Notes: generated from the sequence alone by a model not told the origin. Shown: positions 9,768 through 20,760, numbered from the stretch's first letter. The stretch is 64,000 bases of DNA from Candidatus Multivoradales bacterium (GCA_965248055.1 CBDFIJ010000004.1:1376001-1440000); one strand, 5' to 3'. Program-made: numbers and translations.

Positions 9768-10385
9768 GCTGGCGCGACCGAACACGCGAGTACCACGCCA
9801 GAGGAGCAGGCAATACGCAGGTATTTATGTGTATCGAACGACTCCACCTAACGCCCCTTCCATGTTGGCGTGATCAAACTACGCTTTGGATGCGACAACG
9901 AGTTCAAGAACTCGCCGACCTAGTCTGTGAAGAGAATTCCGGCCAAATCGTTGGAAGTCTGCCCAATCCCAAACCCACCAAGCGTCCTGCCAGAATCAAG
10001 AGATCCCCAGCTCCACTTTTTCACTGTGCCACCAAGGCAGCTCGCAACGCCCTCTACGAAGCCTACTCCTGGTTTGTTGCCGCCTACAGGGATGCTTGTG
10101 AGCGACTCAAAGCTGGGCACGAAAACGCTACCTTCCCTCCGGGATCGTTTCCACCGCCCAGACCATTCGTTCCTGTTTAGTTGATTCCGTTCCGTTTGGG
10201 TTTTATCGGCGCTTAGGGATTAGTATATCCAGTCCGAGTTTCTCCCCGTCCAAGAGCTGAACCGCTGAGCGAAAGTTCCGTTTCGGTGTGAATGAGATCA
10301 CGAACTTGACGTGTTCAATATATCCCTGATCAGCCCAATCAAGCAATTCTAGATTCTCTCAATAATCGCCTGGGACCTCAGTCAG
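9768..10385 (+). mobile_element. 5'-truncated RAYT copy with type-B 3' tail
   Basis: Near-identical to the 3' half of 4487-5374; ends in a head I site. Confidence 0.88.
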
Positions 10386-10513
10386 CGGCTGGGCTTACCA
10401 AAGCCTGGGGTACCGAGGACTGATAACTCGACTACCTAGATCCTGATGAGTGGCTGGAGCGTCATCGACTCCTACTTAGAGAGACCCAACAACACGCGCT
10501 GCCTTTCTTTGAT

Positions 10514-10590
10514 CACTCAATACCGGGACGCCCCCCACCCGGAAAGAAAAGATGTACCCCTTGACATAACGCCGCCTAATAAGTGGCACC
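10514..10590 (+). repeat. 77-bp end segment with head II site, duplicated at 17219-17295
   Basis: cactcaataccgggacgccccccacccggaaagaaaagatgtaccccttgacataacgccgcctaataagtggcacc is present twice. Confidence 0.9.
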
Positions 10591-10620
10591 CAATCCAATC
10601 AGCTTCATTCTGCTTCACAC

Positions 10621-11358
10621 CTATTTCTCTATCTCCTCCTCACTCTCCTCCCAAGCCTCCAACCACTGAAGTGTCTTTTCAACCTTATGCGTCAAATTCT
10701 CGATTTCATCCTCATCTTCCTCGCCCTCAGGCAGTTCACGAAGCAGTTTCAAAGCGTCGTGGGCGGCAGCTAGAGCCTCGTCGTGGCGCCCCAGATCGTA
10801 GTACGAATAGGCCATCCCGTGGCGGCCTTCGATCCTCACAAATGTCTCCGCGCCGCGCTCGAATGCTTCCCGGAATCCAGCGAGCGCATCTTCTTCGCGG
10901 CCGAGCATCGACAAGGATCCCGCTTCGTAAATCCAGCCCCAAGGTTCGCCTCCCTCTCGCGCCAGCTGGAAGTACGGGAGAGTGACTTCCGGACCCATCT
11001 CCTCTCGAAGATAAATTGCAAACCACAGTAGTAGGTTCGCATCTACACCTTTCATCAGATGGGGAGGACTTGCATAACTAAGCGCCTCTCGAAATTCCCT
11101 TTTCTCAACAAGCAGCCGCAGCATGAACTCCCTCGCCATCGTGCTACTGGGGTCTAGCTTGAGGGCCGCACGATACAACCGCTTGGCCTTTATCTCATTG
11201 CCCATCGCGTTTCGTATCCACCCTCGCCAAGCCAACGACCACGCGTCCCGCCAGCCGAGAAACTCGGCCGCCAGGAGAAAGGCGTGCGAGGTCCGATAGT
11301 GACCGTTTTCGCAAAGCTCCATCGCCCTGTCGCGAGCCGCCTTCAGGAAATTGTACAT
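10621..11358 (-). CDS. Tetratricopeptide-repeat protein, probable immunity protein
   Basis: TPR-like helices (AKRLYRAALKLDP, LGREEDALAGFREA, LGRHDEALAA); downstream of a toxin tip. Confidence 0.7.
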   Translation of the reverse strand: MYNFLKAARDRAMELCENGHYRTSHAFLLAAEFLGWRDAWSLAWRGWIRNAMGNEIKAKRLYRAALKLDPSSTMAREFMLRLLVEKREFREALSYASPPHLMKGVDANLLLWFAIYLREEMGPEVTLPYFQLAREGGEPWGWIYEAGSLSMLGREEDALAGFREAFERGAETFVRIEGRHGMAYSYYDLGRHDEALAAAHDALKLLRELPEGEEDEDEIENLTHKVEKTLQWLEAWEESEEEIEK

Positions 11359-11439
11359 ATGTCTAGTGCTCTCTTTTCGGGCCCGGAAAGGGAAATCCAG
11401 CTTGCCCGTTGACTAAAAACTATCAACTGTTGGACCCCC

Positions 11440-12828
11440 TCACTCACTCACACACGGGATGATTGACCCGTTTGCCTGGTCCGCAGAACCCCTTGACTTC
11501 CCGAGTTGACTGTAATCCAGAGGGGGAATCGGAGGAAACTTTGGCGGATCTGGACCTCCATGACTACCTTTGAATCGAATGTTTAACGGTGTCGTGCCTA
11601 GGCCAGTTCGGTAATGACCGGGAAACAGAGTGGGATCTCCGCTGTTTTCCGGAAGAGGCCTGGTGGTGTCTGGGCCGCCTTTCCCAGGTGAGTGCGCGGG
11701 CCGACTAGAGGGGTTTCTTCGGTCCCTAGTGAGGAAGTCCCAGATAGCTGCCGCGCTCATGACTATTAAGGCAGCCTCTCCAAGCGGCGTCGGCTCTACT
11801 ATTGCAACACCGACTGTTGCCGCCAGACCTAAGCCTGAACCTCCATCCTCGCAATCCGGCGGTCCAAGCGGTCCCCCACCCCCGCCGCGGCCACCGCCGT
11901 CTGCATTGGCGCCACCTAGATTCTGGCCGCCCTGGAGATTACCTGTCGCTGCCGGTCCGGGGCTCTCAGGTGGGTCGTCTTGTCCCCATGCATCTTGGTC
12001 CGAAGCTTCGTACCGATCACTCCCATCATCATTATTCACAACAACTGTAGTACCATCGCCGCCGCCGTCGTCAGGACACCAATATGTAGAAGTCCCGTCG
12101 CCATTGTCCGCGATTTTCATACAATTGGCAGCTACACGGCCATCAGGATCGAAATGTGTTACCGGCCTTCCCCCAACATACGACTAACGATTCCAGATAT
12201 TCGGACCAGCCCCCTGCATTACCGGATCCACCCCCATAAACCTCCCCAAATGCGAGGTATAAAACCTCGCATGCATGTAATCCATCCCGGTATCCCCATC
12301 CCTCTCATGCCCAGTAAACTTCATGATGCCGTTGCCAGCCGCGGTGATCTCCTGTCCATAGGGTAGATATTCATGCTCCGACACCTTGTTGCCAAGGTTA
12401 TCGGTCACAAGGCGAATACTCCCCAAGTGGTCAGTATGGTAATGCTGCTTGGTACCGCTTCCATCCTCAGTCCCCAACAACCTCCTACCCATCCAGATGT
12501 AATCCATCTCATGGCTCCAGTTGCCGGATTGGTCTTCACCGACGAGCTTAAAGGTAGATAACACCTGGTTGGAGGGGCCGCGGATGGTCCAATCGACCTC
12601 GCGGGTAGCAATCGAGCCCTGCCAGTCAATGGTGGCGATTCTCTCGCCTGAGAAGTTATACAAGAAGTACCAGCGGGCACCCTGGGTCACCATGTTGTTG
12701 GCGGTGTCGTACTCATAACCGTTAGCACCCCAGGAGGTCATGTTGCCAGAAGCATCATATGCAGCGGATGACAACCGGTTGGTGTCGGGATTCACAGCGA
12801 TGGTGGTAGTTTGACATACCTCCAACAT
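11440..12828 (-). pseudogene. Orphan Rhs core + Gly/Pro-rich tip with an in-frame TAG
   Basis: Core YHTDHLGS..FTGHERD..YMHARFY; reads WNR*SYVGGRPVTHFDPDG through the TAG at 12184-12186 in the same frame as ORF 11440..12120. Confidence 0.82.
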
Positions 12829-12868
12829 TCGGGTGGCACCTTTCCGCAGAGCACTGCAGTGTGGCACC

Positions 12869-13007
12869 TCAATCCAATCAGCGGTTCCGGCACCACAATC
12901 ACAGAAGTTCCATTTTCGGCGTAATCTCTGCCACCAACTAGGCACTCTGAAGCACCTACGCCGACCCCAATGCGTGATCCTAGGCCTCCAAATAATCGCC
13001 TGGCACC
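12869..13007 (+). repeat. ~139-bp RAYT-tail-like segment (type C), duplicated at 24415-24553
   Basis: Two matching copies; shares agttcc..ttcggcgt..gccaccaact with RAYT tails; ends in a head I site. Confidence 0.85.
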
Positions 13008-13048
13008 ATTATCTCCTCTATCTCCTCTATCTCCTCTATCTCCTGTTT

Positions 13049-13414
13049 TCATAGGTATTTGCTTCCATAAAAGAGAAGAATGGCGTTAACCAAAGCGACA
13101 GCCGTGGCGACGCGGGTCGACTCTTTTTCACCTGAATAGACTAACCGCTGCGAGGCGATTGCGAGTACTGCCAGCCATCCCAGCGCAAGAATTCGCGGAG
13201 ACACAAAGGATCCCACTGTAAGCAAGGTCACCCCTTCGAATACCGCCGTTAGCGTCACAACGAAGGTATCCAGCGAGCGCTTCGTCCAATCGAAACCAGC
13301 TCCTTTGGTACACACGAGAATGACCGCCACGGCGGCTCCCAATGCCTCGATCACGCGATGGTAGTCAAACTGATTCGCCACAACGAGATAAGCGCTATCT
13401 ATCCACATCGTCAT
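13049..13414 (-). CDS. Small multi-pass membrane protein, probable immunity protein
   Basis: About four hydrophobic segments; starts 9 nt after the toxin stop at 13423. Confidence 0.65.
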   Translation of the reverse strand: MTMWIDSAYLVVANQFDYHRVIEALGAAVAVILVCTKGAGFDWTKRSLDTFVVTLTAVFEGVTLLTVGSFVSPRILALGWLAVLAIASQRLVYSGEKESTRVATAVALVNAILLFYGSKYL

Positions 13415-14177
13415 CGACTCCGCTACTTGAATTCGCTCGATGGCCCTGCCTTCAGACAGCGCCTATGAATTCCTTCTCCGGCATGGCCTGCTGCAATAGA
13501 AAACGCGATGGCACCAGCTGGGGTACCGGTAACCAACCACCCAACAGCGCCTCCAGTACCATATATCATGGTGTCGCACCCAGCATGAGCGAAGGCCTGA
13601 GCAATAGCGCCGATGCCGTTGAACTCACTCCGGTTGCCGCTAACAACTGCATTCCAAGCATTATTCTCATTCCATCCAAGCCATGTACCATTCCCGCTGT
13701 TCTCTGCAGACCCGAATGATATCTCTGGTGGAGTCGTAACTGTTGTCTCATTAGCCGTTATCGTGAGGCCCTCTGAAAAAGTACCATCGGAGTCCTTCGT
13801 GACACCTGTACTAGTGGAGCTAATGGTAGTGGTGCTCTTGGTTTTGCCGTCTGTTATCGTGATTCTCTTTGCCCCAGTACTTAGATCGGTTTCAATAGTC
13901 TGCGTAGATCCATCTGCATAGGTTATGGTCGTGGTTTCTTGAGTTGGTTTGTAGATCTCCTCCAAATTCGCATCGAACAGCGCCGCGCCAATATCACCCA
14001 CTGACCCGCCACCTCCACCGGTAGCCGCACACTGACCCGTCAAGTGGTGCCAAATAACTGCTGCCCCACTGCTTGCCGAACTGCATCCCGTGGTGTGGGC
14101 CATCCTCATCCCATCCGGATCTACACCTCCAATCGGATTTCCTCCCACATAAGAATACGCATTCCAAACCCCATCTC

Positions 14178-15545
14178 GAGTTATTGTCAAAAGTTGTGTA
14201 TCGGGTCATCAGGCGGCGATCCGATTTTGTTTTTCTCCGTCGACGAAATGGACCCCTTCAACGACTTGGGCAATGCGCTTGTAGCCCTGTAGCCTTCGCC
14301 ATCGTTTCTCAGCACTCTGACAGAGCTTGAAGACCATCGAGAGCATGGTTTCTCTCGACAGACAGCCCCGGGTCTTGGCGGTTCTCAAGCGCACGGTGGC
14401 AAAGGTTGATTCGATTGGGTTAGTGGTCCTCAAGTGCAGCCAGTGCTCAGCCGGGAAATCGTAGAAAGCGAGTAGCTGGTCGCGATCTTTGACCAAGCAC
14501 TGGACCGCTTTCGGATATTTGGCTTGGTAGATTGCCTGGAATGCATCAAAAGCCCTCTCGGCATCTTTCCTGGTCTCGGCCATCCAGATCTGATGGATCG
14601 CCTGCTTGGCCTTGGGTTGGATCACCTTGGGGAGCTTATTCAAGATGTTGGCCGTCTTGTGGACCCAGCAGCGCTGGGTCTTGGTATTGCCCCACACCTG
14701 AGCCAGAGCCTTCCAGAAACCCAGGTTGCCATCACCGATTGCGATCTTAGGCTCGAATGTAAGGCCTCTTCTCTCCAAGCCTCGCAGCAGCTCCAGCCAT
14801 GACGCCTCACTCTCCCGGTAACCGTCTTCAACAGCGATCAGCTCCTTGTTGCCATCCGCTGTGGCCCCAATTAACACCAGCAAGCAGAGCTTGGCGTTAT
14901 CCAGACGAGCCTTGCAGTAGATGCCGTCAGCCCATACGTAGACGTAGCGCTTGGAAGAAAGATCGCGCTGCCGCCATTCGCTGTACTCCTGGCCCCAGAC
15001 GCGTTTGAGCCGGCTCACCGTCGAAGCTGAAAGCCCAGGTGCATCAGGACCCACCAGGGCCTCGAGAGCATCGCTGAAGTCTCCGGTCGATATCCCCCGC
15101 AAGTACAGCCAGGGCAAGAGATCCTCGACGCTCTTGGACCGGCGCAGGTACGGTGGCACTAGATTGGAGCGAAACTGAAGCTCACCCTGGCGATCCCGCA
15201 CCCGTGGCACCTTGACTGAAACTCCACCTATACCGGTCTGGATCTCCCGCTCCGGCATGTAGCCGTTTCTCACCAAACGGCGGTGACCCGCCGCTGTACG
15301 TTGATCTTGGTACTCGGCCAAAAAACTCGCCACCTCGGCCTCGATTGCTTCGCAAAGAAGCAGCCGTGAACCCAGGCGAAGGACCTCGCTCAGAGCGTCC
15401 TCAGGACGCTCTGACTGATCGATTGAAATTACGTTACTCTTGCTCAACGGCGTATCCTCCTTTTTTGGATGATTGAACCCAGACAAAAACCGGGCTCAGG
15501 ATACGCCGCCTTCAAACTCTCATACACAACTTTCGGTTATATCTC
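14178..15545 (-). mobile_element. IS256-family element, copy 2
   Basis: Terminal IRs; 8-bp target duplication cccatctc at 14170-14177 and 15546-15553. Confidence 0.95.
14209..15447 (-). CDS. IS256-family transposase
   Basis: Close, non-identical homolog of 6991-8229. Confidence 0.93.
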   Translation of the reverse strand: MSKSNVISIDQSERPEDALSEVLRLGSRLLLCEAIEAEVASFLAEYQDQRTAAGHRRLVRNGYMPEREIQTGIGGVSVKVPRVRDRQGELQFRSNLVPPYLRRSKSVEDLLPWLYLRGISTGDFSDALEALVGPDAPGLSASTVSRLKRVWGQEYSEWRQRDLSSKRYVYVWADGIYCKARLDNAKLCLLVLIGATADGNKELIAVEDGYRESEASWLELLRGLERRGLTFEPKIAIGDGNLGFWKALAQVWGNTKTQRCWVHKTANILNKLPKVIQPKAKQAIHQIWMAETRKDAERAFDAFQAIYQAKYPKAVQCLVKDRDQLLAFYDFPAEHWLHLRTTNPIESTFATVRLRTAKTRGCLSRETMLSMVFKLCQSAEKRWRRLQGYKRIAQVVEGVHFVDGEKQNRIAA

Positions 15546-16950
15546 CCCATCTCCCCGCTGCACCGGATCCACACTCATCATCCTCCCCAAGTGGCTGGTA
15601 TAAAACCTCGCATGCATGTAATCCATGCCGGTATCCGCATCCCTCTCATGGCCGGTAAACTTCATGATGCCGTTGCCAGCCGCAGTGATCTCCTCGCCAT
15701 AGGGTAGATATTCATGCTCAGAGATCTTGTTGCCCAGATCATCGGTCACTAACCTGACACTTCCTAGATGATCGGTATGGTAATGCTGTTTGGTTCCCGA
15801 TCCATCCTGGGTTCCTAAGAGTCTCCTGCCCATCCAGATGTAGTCGATTTCATGGGTCCAGTTGCCCGATTGGTCTTCACCGACCAGCTTAAAGGTAGAT
15901 AACACCTGATTGCTGGGTCCGCGAATGGTGTAGTCGACTTCACGGGTGGCGATGCTCCCTTGCCAGTCGATGGTGGCGACGCGTTCCCCGGCAAAGTTGT
16001 AGATGAAGTACCAGCGACCATCTTGGCTGACCATGTTGTTGGCGGTGTCGTACTCATAACCGTCGCTGCCCCAAGTGGTCATGTTGCCAGAAGCATCATA
16101 TGCAGCGGATGACAACCGGTTGGTGTCTGGATTCACTGCGATGGTTGTGTGCTGCGCACTCTGACCAGGAGCCCAAGTTGAAACCTTGGTCATATTGCCA
16201 AAGACATCGTAGGTGTAGTCCTGTTGCGTGGTGCCTCCCGTAGGATCTCGGACAAACGCTTGGGTCAAGCGGTTGATCTTGTCGTAGCGATAGAGGTCGG
16301 GAGCGATCTGGTTGGCCAATGGATCGGTAACGACAATGGTCACGATTTTAGTCTGTGCGTAGGTACTGTCACTCACGGTCAGGGTGACGTTGTAGTTTCC
16401 TGCCGAGGCGTAGGTATGCGAGGTACTCAAACCCGAGGCCCCGGTGCCGCCGCCGAAATCCCAGGTGGAGCTCAAAGCCTGACCGTTGGGGTCGCTTGAG
16501 CAGTTGCCGTCAAAAGTGATGTTCTGGCCTACTGTGGCCGAGGTCGACGACGAGCTAAAGCACGCGCTGGGCGCTGCATTGGAGCCCGCGGCTGGGGCCT
16601 TGAACTCAACTTTCTTGATCACCACTGTCGTCGGATCGCCGTTGGTATGCCATTTGGTGAACTGTAGCCTCAAGTCGGCGTAATTGGTCAGGGCCGCTGC
16701 TACGGTGCTGGATAGGCTATAAGTATGGCGTCTCATCACCGTGTCCAGGGTGATGGTGGTCCACTTCAGTACTGTGTTATTCGGTGCCATGATGTAGAGA
16801 CGCACACCTTTGCTGGTGCCGTTTTCAACATTGCCGGTGAGGTACACCTTGTGGCCGCTGTGAACGCCGGGATCGGTCAACCCAGCCATGCGCACCCGGA
16901 AACTGTCGGTGACACCACTCGACTTTTGCGATTTGGTGACGTTGGTGTCG

Positions 16951-17193
16951 TCATCGGAGCTTCTCAGCAAAGGCGTGAAGCATCAACGCAAAGAAGGTCA
17001 GTCCGGCACCCACATTGCCCCACTCCCCTTCTCTAACCGCAAATCCGATGATAGCCCCAAAAACTAGTCCGATCAGAGCGAGTCCTACGGTCCAGCGCTG
17101 CCTCCTGCCAATTCTTACTGTAACCGCGAGAAGAACGCTAAAGCCAACCCCTGTTAAGACCAACTCCCATATTCGTTGCCAATCAAGTTTCAT
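16951..17193 (-). CDS. Small membrane protein, orphan immunity candidate (3' end probably truncated)
   Basis: Three hydrophobic segments; abuts the start of the duplicated Rhs segment. Confidence 0.55.
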   Translation of the reverse strand: MKLDWQRIWELVLTGVGFSVLLAVTVRIGRRQRWTVGLALIGLVFGAIIGFAVREGEWGNVGAGLTFFALMLHAFAEKLR

Positions 17194-17328
17194 CTACTGC
17201 TCACAATGAGGTGGACCCCACTCAATACCGGGACGCCCCCCACCCGGAAAGAAAAGATGTACCCCTTGACATAACGCCGCCTAATAAGTGGCACCATTAT
17301 CTCCTCCATTATCTCCTCTATCTCCTGA

Positions 17329-17580
17329 TCAGTTCCGCCATTTGGCCTCCAAAAGAAAGACGAGCATCGATATGACCACGATGATTCCGACAGAGAGAAG
17401 AATGCGTGTCGGAGTTTCGAGGTTCAGGCTCCGAGAAAGCTCAGAAACAAAGATCCCAGACAACATGCTGTTAAGAAAGATGCTCATCTTATTATCCATC
17501 CCCGTCAATCTTGGCAATATGACTAACGAGAGACAGGCCACAACGAACGAAACACCGACCATCTGCATGACTATTTTCAT
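17329..17580 (-). CDS. Small membrane protein, probable immunity protein
   Basis: Three hydrophobic segments; ATGA overlap with the toxin stop at 17577. Confidence 0.65.
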   Translation of the reverse strand: MKIVMQMVGVSFVVACLSLVILPRLTGMDNKMSIFLNSMLSGIFVSELSRSLNLETPTRILLSVGIIVVISMLVFLLEAKWRN

Positions 17581-18956
17581 TGAACCGCGCCCGCTGCTGC
17601 TCTGCAGACAAGGTCTCCAGAAACAACAATGCCGCTACCCATTGACATGCCAGCGGCCGCTCCGAATACTGCCCCGCCTGCTTCAACAGTCGCAGCGTAC
17701 ATGCCGGCACCTCCGTACCAAGCCGCTGTCGCAACGCCTGCCCAACAGGCTCCATAAACCACCGTCGAGCGTGAATGTACGTCCCCCAGCACTTCGAACT
17801 CATGCCGGTCGTTGCGAACAACTGCTTCCCAAGCATTGTTCTCATTCCATCCCCTCCATGTACCATTCCCGCTGTTCTCTGCAGACCCGAATGATATCTC
17901 TGGTGGAGTCGTAGCTGTTGTCTCATTAGCCGTTATCGTGAGGCCCTCTGAAAAAGTACCATCGGAGTCCTTCGTGACACCTGTACTAGTGGAGCTGATG
18001 GTAGTGGTGCTCTTGGTTTTGCCGTCTGTTATCTTGATTGTGCTTGCCCCGGTACTTAGATCGGTTGTAATAGTCTCCGTAGATCCATCTGCATAGGTTA
18101 TGGTCGTGGTTTCGTGAGTTGGTTGGTAGATCGCATCCAAATTCGCATCGAACAATGCCGCGCCAACGTCACCCACGGCCTCGCCGGTCCCAATGCCCGT
18201 ACAAGTTCCCGATAGAAGTCCGTAAATAATTGCCGCCCCACTCCCCGACAATGCACAGTGAGCCATCGCCCTGCCATCCGGATCTACACCTCCAATCGGA
18301 TTTCCCGCCACATAAGAATACGCATTCCAAACCCCATCTCCTCGATTCACCGGATCCACTCCCATCAGTCTCCCCAAATGCGAGGTGTAGTACCTAGCAT
18401 GCATGTAATCCAAGCCGGTATCCGCATCTCTTTCATGCCCGGTGAATTTCATGATGCCATTACCCGCCGCTGTGATCTCCTGCCCATAGGGTAGATATTC
18501 ATGCTCTGAGACTTTGTTGCCAGAGCTATCGGTCACCAGCCGGATGCTCCCCAGATGGTCAGTATGGTAATGCTGCTTGGTACCTGAGCCATCTTCCGTT
18601 CCCAGGAGCTTCCTGCCCATCCAGATGTAGTCCATCTCGTGGGACCAATTACCGGATTGGTCTTCACCGACGAGCTTAAAGGTAGATAACACCTGGTTGG
18701 AGGGGCCGCGGATGGTCCAATCGACCTCGCGGGTAGCAATCGAGCCCTGCCAGTCAATGGTGGCGATTCTCTCGCCTGAGAAGTTATACAAGAAGTACCA
18801 GCGGGCACCCTGGGTCACCATGTTGTTGGCGGTATCGTACTCATAACCATTGGCACCCCAGGAGGTCATGTTGCCGGAGGCGTCGTAGGCAGCGGATGAC
18901 AACCGATTCGTGTCTGGATTCACAGCGATGGTGGTAGTTTGACATACCTCCAACAT
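17577..18956 (-). CDS. Intact orphan Rhs core + Gly/Ala-rich hydrophobic (possibly membrane-active) tip
   Basis: Complete RHS repeat-associated core, DPDG cleavage motif, 459-aa open frame starting inside a head III site. Confidence 0.85.
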   Translation of the reverse strand: MLEVCQTTTIAVNPDTNRLSSAAYDASGNMTSWGANGYEYDTANNMVTQGARWYFLYNFSGERIATIDWQGSIATREVDWTIRGPSNQVLSTFKLVGEDQSGNWSHEMDYIWMGRKLLGTEDGSGTKQHYHTDHLGSIRLVTDSSGNKVSEHEYLPYGQEITAAGNGIMKFTGHERDADTGLDYMHARYYTSHLGRLMGVDPVNRGDGVWNAYSYVAGNPIGGVDPDGRAMAHCALSGSGAAIIYGLLSGTCTGIGTGEAVGDVGAALFDANLDAIYQPTHETTTITYADGSTETITTDLSTGASTIKITDGKTKSTTTISSTSTGVTKDSDGTFSEGLTITANETTATTPPEISFGSAENSGNGTWRGWNENNAWEAVVRNDRHEFEVLGDVHSRSTVVYGACWAGVATAAWYGGAGMYAATVEAGGAVFGAAAGMSMGSGIVVSGDLVCRAAAGAVQ

Positions 18957-18977
18957 TCGGGTGGCACCTTTCCGGCC

Positions 18978-19466
18978 GCCAAATCGTTGGAAGTCTGCCC
19001 AATCCCAAACCCACCAAGCGTCCTGCCAGAATCAAGAGATCCCCAGCTCCACTTTTTCACTGTGCCACCAAGGCAGCTCGCAACGCCCTCTACGAAGCCT
19101 ACTCCTGGTTTGTTGCCGCCTACAGGGATGCTTGTGAGCGACTCAAAGCTGGGCACGAAAACGCTACCTTCCCTCCGGGATCGTTTCCACCGCCCAGACC
19201 ATTCGTTCCTGTTTAGTTGATTCCGTTCCGTTTGGGTTTTATCGGCGCTTAGGGATTAGTATATCCAGTCCGAGTTTCTCCCCGTCCAAGAGCTGAACCG
19301 CTGAGCGAAAGTTCCGTTTCGGCGTGAATGAGATCACGAACTTGACGTGTTCAAGATAGCCGTGATCAGCCCAATCAAAGAATCCTAGATTCTCTCAATA
19401 ATCGCCTGGAACCTCAGTCCAGCTGCCCGAGCAGACCTCTTAATAATCGCCTGGGACCTCAGTCAG
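18978..19466 (+). mobile_element. 5'-truncated RAYT copy with type-B tail and two head I sites
   Basis: Matches the 3' end of RAYT; begins right after the head III site 18939-18968. Confidence 0.88.
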
Positions 19467-19767
19467 CTTCCCAAGCATTATTCTCATTCCATCCCCTCCA
19501 TGTACCATTCCCGCTGTTCTCTGCAGACCCGAATGATATCTCTGGTGGAGTCGTAGCTGTTGTCTCATTAGCCGTTATCGTGAGGCCCTCTGAAAAAGTA
19601 CCATCGGAGTCCTTCGTGACACCTGTACTAGTGGAGCTGATGGTAGTGGTGCTCTTGGTTTTGCCGTCTGTTATCTTGATTGTGCTTGCCCCGGTACTTA
19701 GATCGGTTGTAGTAGTCTCCGTAGATCCATCTGCATAGGTTATGGTCGTGGTTTCGTGAGTTGGTTG
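19467..19767 (-). pseudogene. Duplicated internal fragment of the 17577-18956 toxin tip
   Basis: QPTHETTTITYADG..WNENNAWEA nearly identical to ~17825-18125; bounded by site motifs on both sides. Confidence 0.88.
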
Positions 19768-19820
19768 CACCTTTCCGGCCGAGGTATCGCCGCCAAATAA
19801 TCGCCTGGCACCACTATCTG

Positions 19821-20720
19821 GGTCTCAGTACCCGACGCTCAGCGCATGGCGCAATTCGTCGGCTACCTCAACAGCAATCTGGGACGCGAGTTGGGCAGAA
19901 TGCATGGATGGAACGGGAAGTTTTGGGATCGCCGTTATCAGGCCATCGTAGTCAGCGAAGAGGAAGCGGCTCAAGTGGCTCGACTTAAATACCTGTTGAG
20001 CCAAGGAGTCAAAGAGGGCTTAGTTAGACGTCCCACTGACTGGCCAGGTCTCCATGCTGCCAAGTTACTCCTGGCAAGAAATAGCACTCTCACAGGCCGC
20101 TGGCGCGACCGAACACGCGAGTACCACGCCAGAGGAGCAGGCAATACGCAGGTATTTATGTGTATCGAACGACTCCACCTAACGCCCCTTCCATGTTGGC
20201 GTGATCAAACTACGCTTTGGATGCGACAACGAGTTCAAGAACTCGCCGACCTAGTCTGTGAAGAGAATTCCGGCCAAATCGTTGGAAGTCTGCCCAATCC
20301 CAAACCCACCAAGCGTCCTGCCAGAATCAAGAGATCCCCAGCTCCACTTTTTCACTGTGCCACCAAGGCAGCTCGCAACGCCCTCTACGAAGCCTACTCC
20401 TGGTTTGTTGCCGCCTACAGGGATGCTTGTGAGCGACTCAAAGCTGGGCACGAAAACGCTACCTTCCCTCCGGGATCGTTTCCACCGCCCAGACCATTCG
20501 TTCCTGTCTAGCTAATTACCGCTCGGTTTGGGCTGAACCGGCACTTAGGAGAGGTATGTCCAATCTGAGTCTCTCCCTGTCTAAGAGCTCGATCCCGGAG
20601 TCAGAGTTCCGTTCCAGTGTGATTCCGGCCACCAACTGGGGAGCGCAGATGCGCCGACAACCGAGCTTCAGGAGGTGCTTCCAGACCTCTCAATAATCGC
20701 CTGGGACCTCAGTCAGTCAG
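19821..20720 (+). mobile_element. 5'-truncated RAYT copy (lacks the HUH motif) with type-A tail
   Basis: Starts just after the HYH codons; ORF 19846..20511; tail matches 5375-5579. Confidence 0.88.
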
Positions 20721-20760
20721 CTCAGGCGGCTCCTATCTGCCTTCCCGCACAATTCCAGAC

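Larger units (their letters stand above)
13423..16957 (-). pseudogene. Long orphan Rhs cassette (PKD + core + hydrophobic Gly/Ala-rich tip) split by IS256
   Basis: 15546-16957 is nearly identical to the main Rhs gene (DDDTNVTKS..PKD..core). Removing the IS and one target duplication rejoins DPVQRGDG|VWNAYSY..DPDG. Confidence 0.88.

Noticed and set aside
12184-12186. Pyrrolysine or programmed read-through at the TAG in the orphan Rhs
   Set aside because: The position is a conserved Tyr (WNRY) one substitution from TAG; a simple nonsense mutation is more parsimonious
13423-19767. Diversity-generating retroelement (template/variable repeat pair)
   Set aside because: No reverse transcriptase in the window, and the differences between copies do not appear confined to adenines
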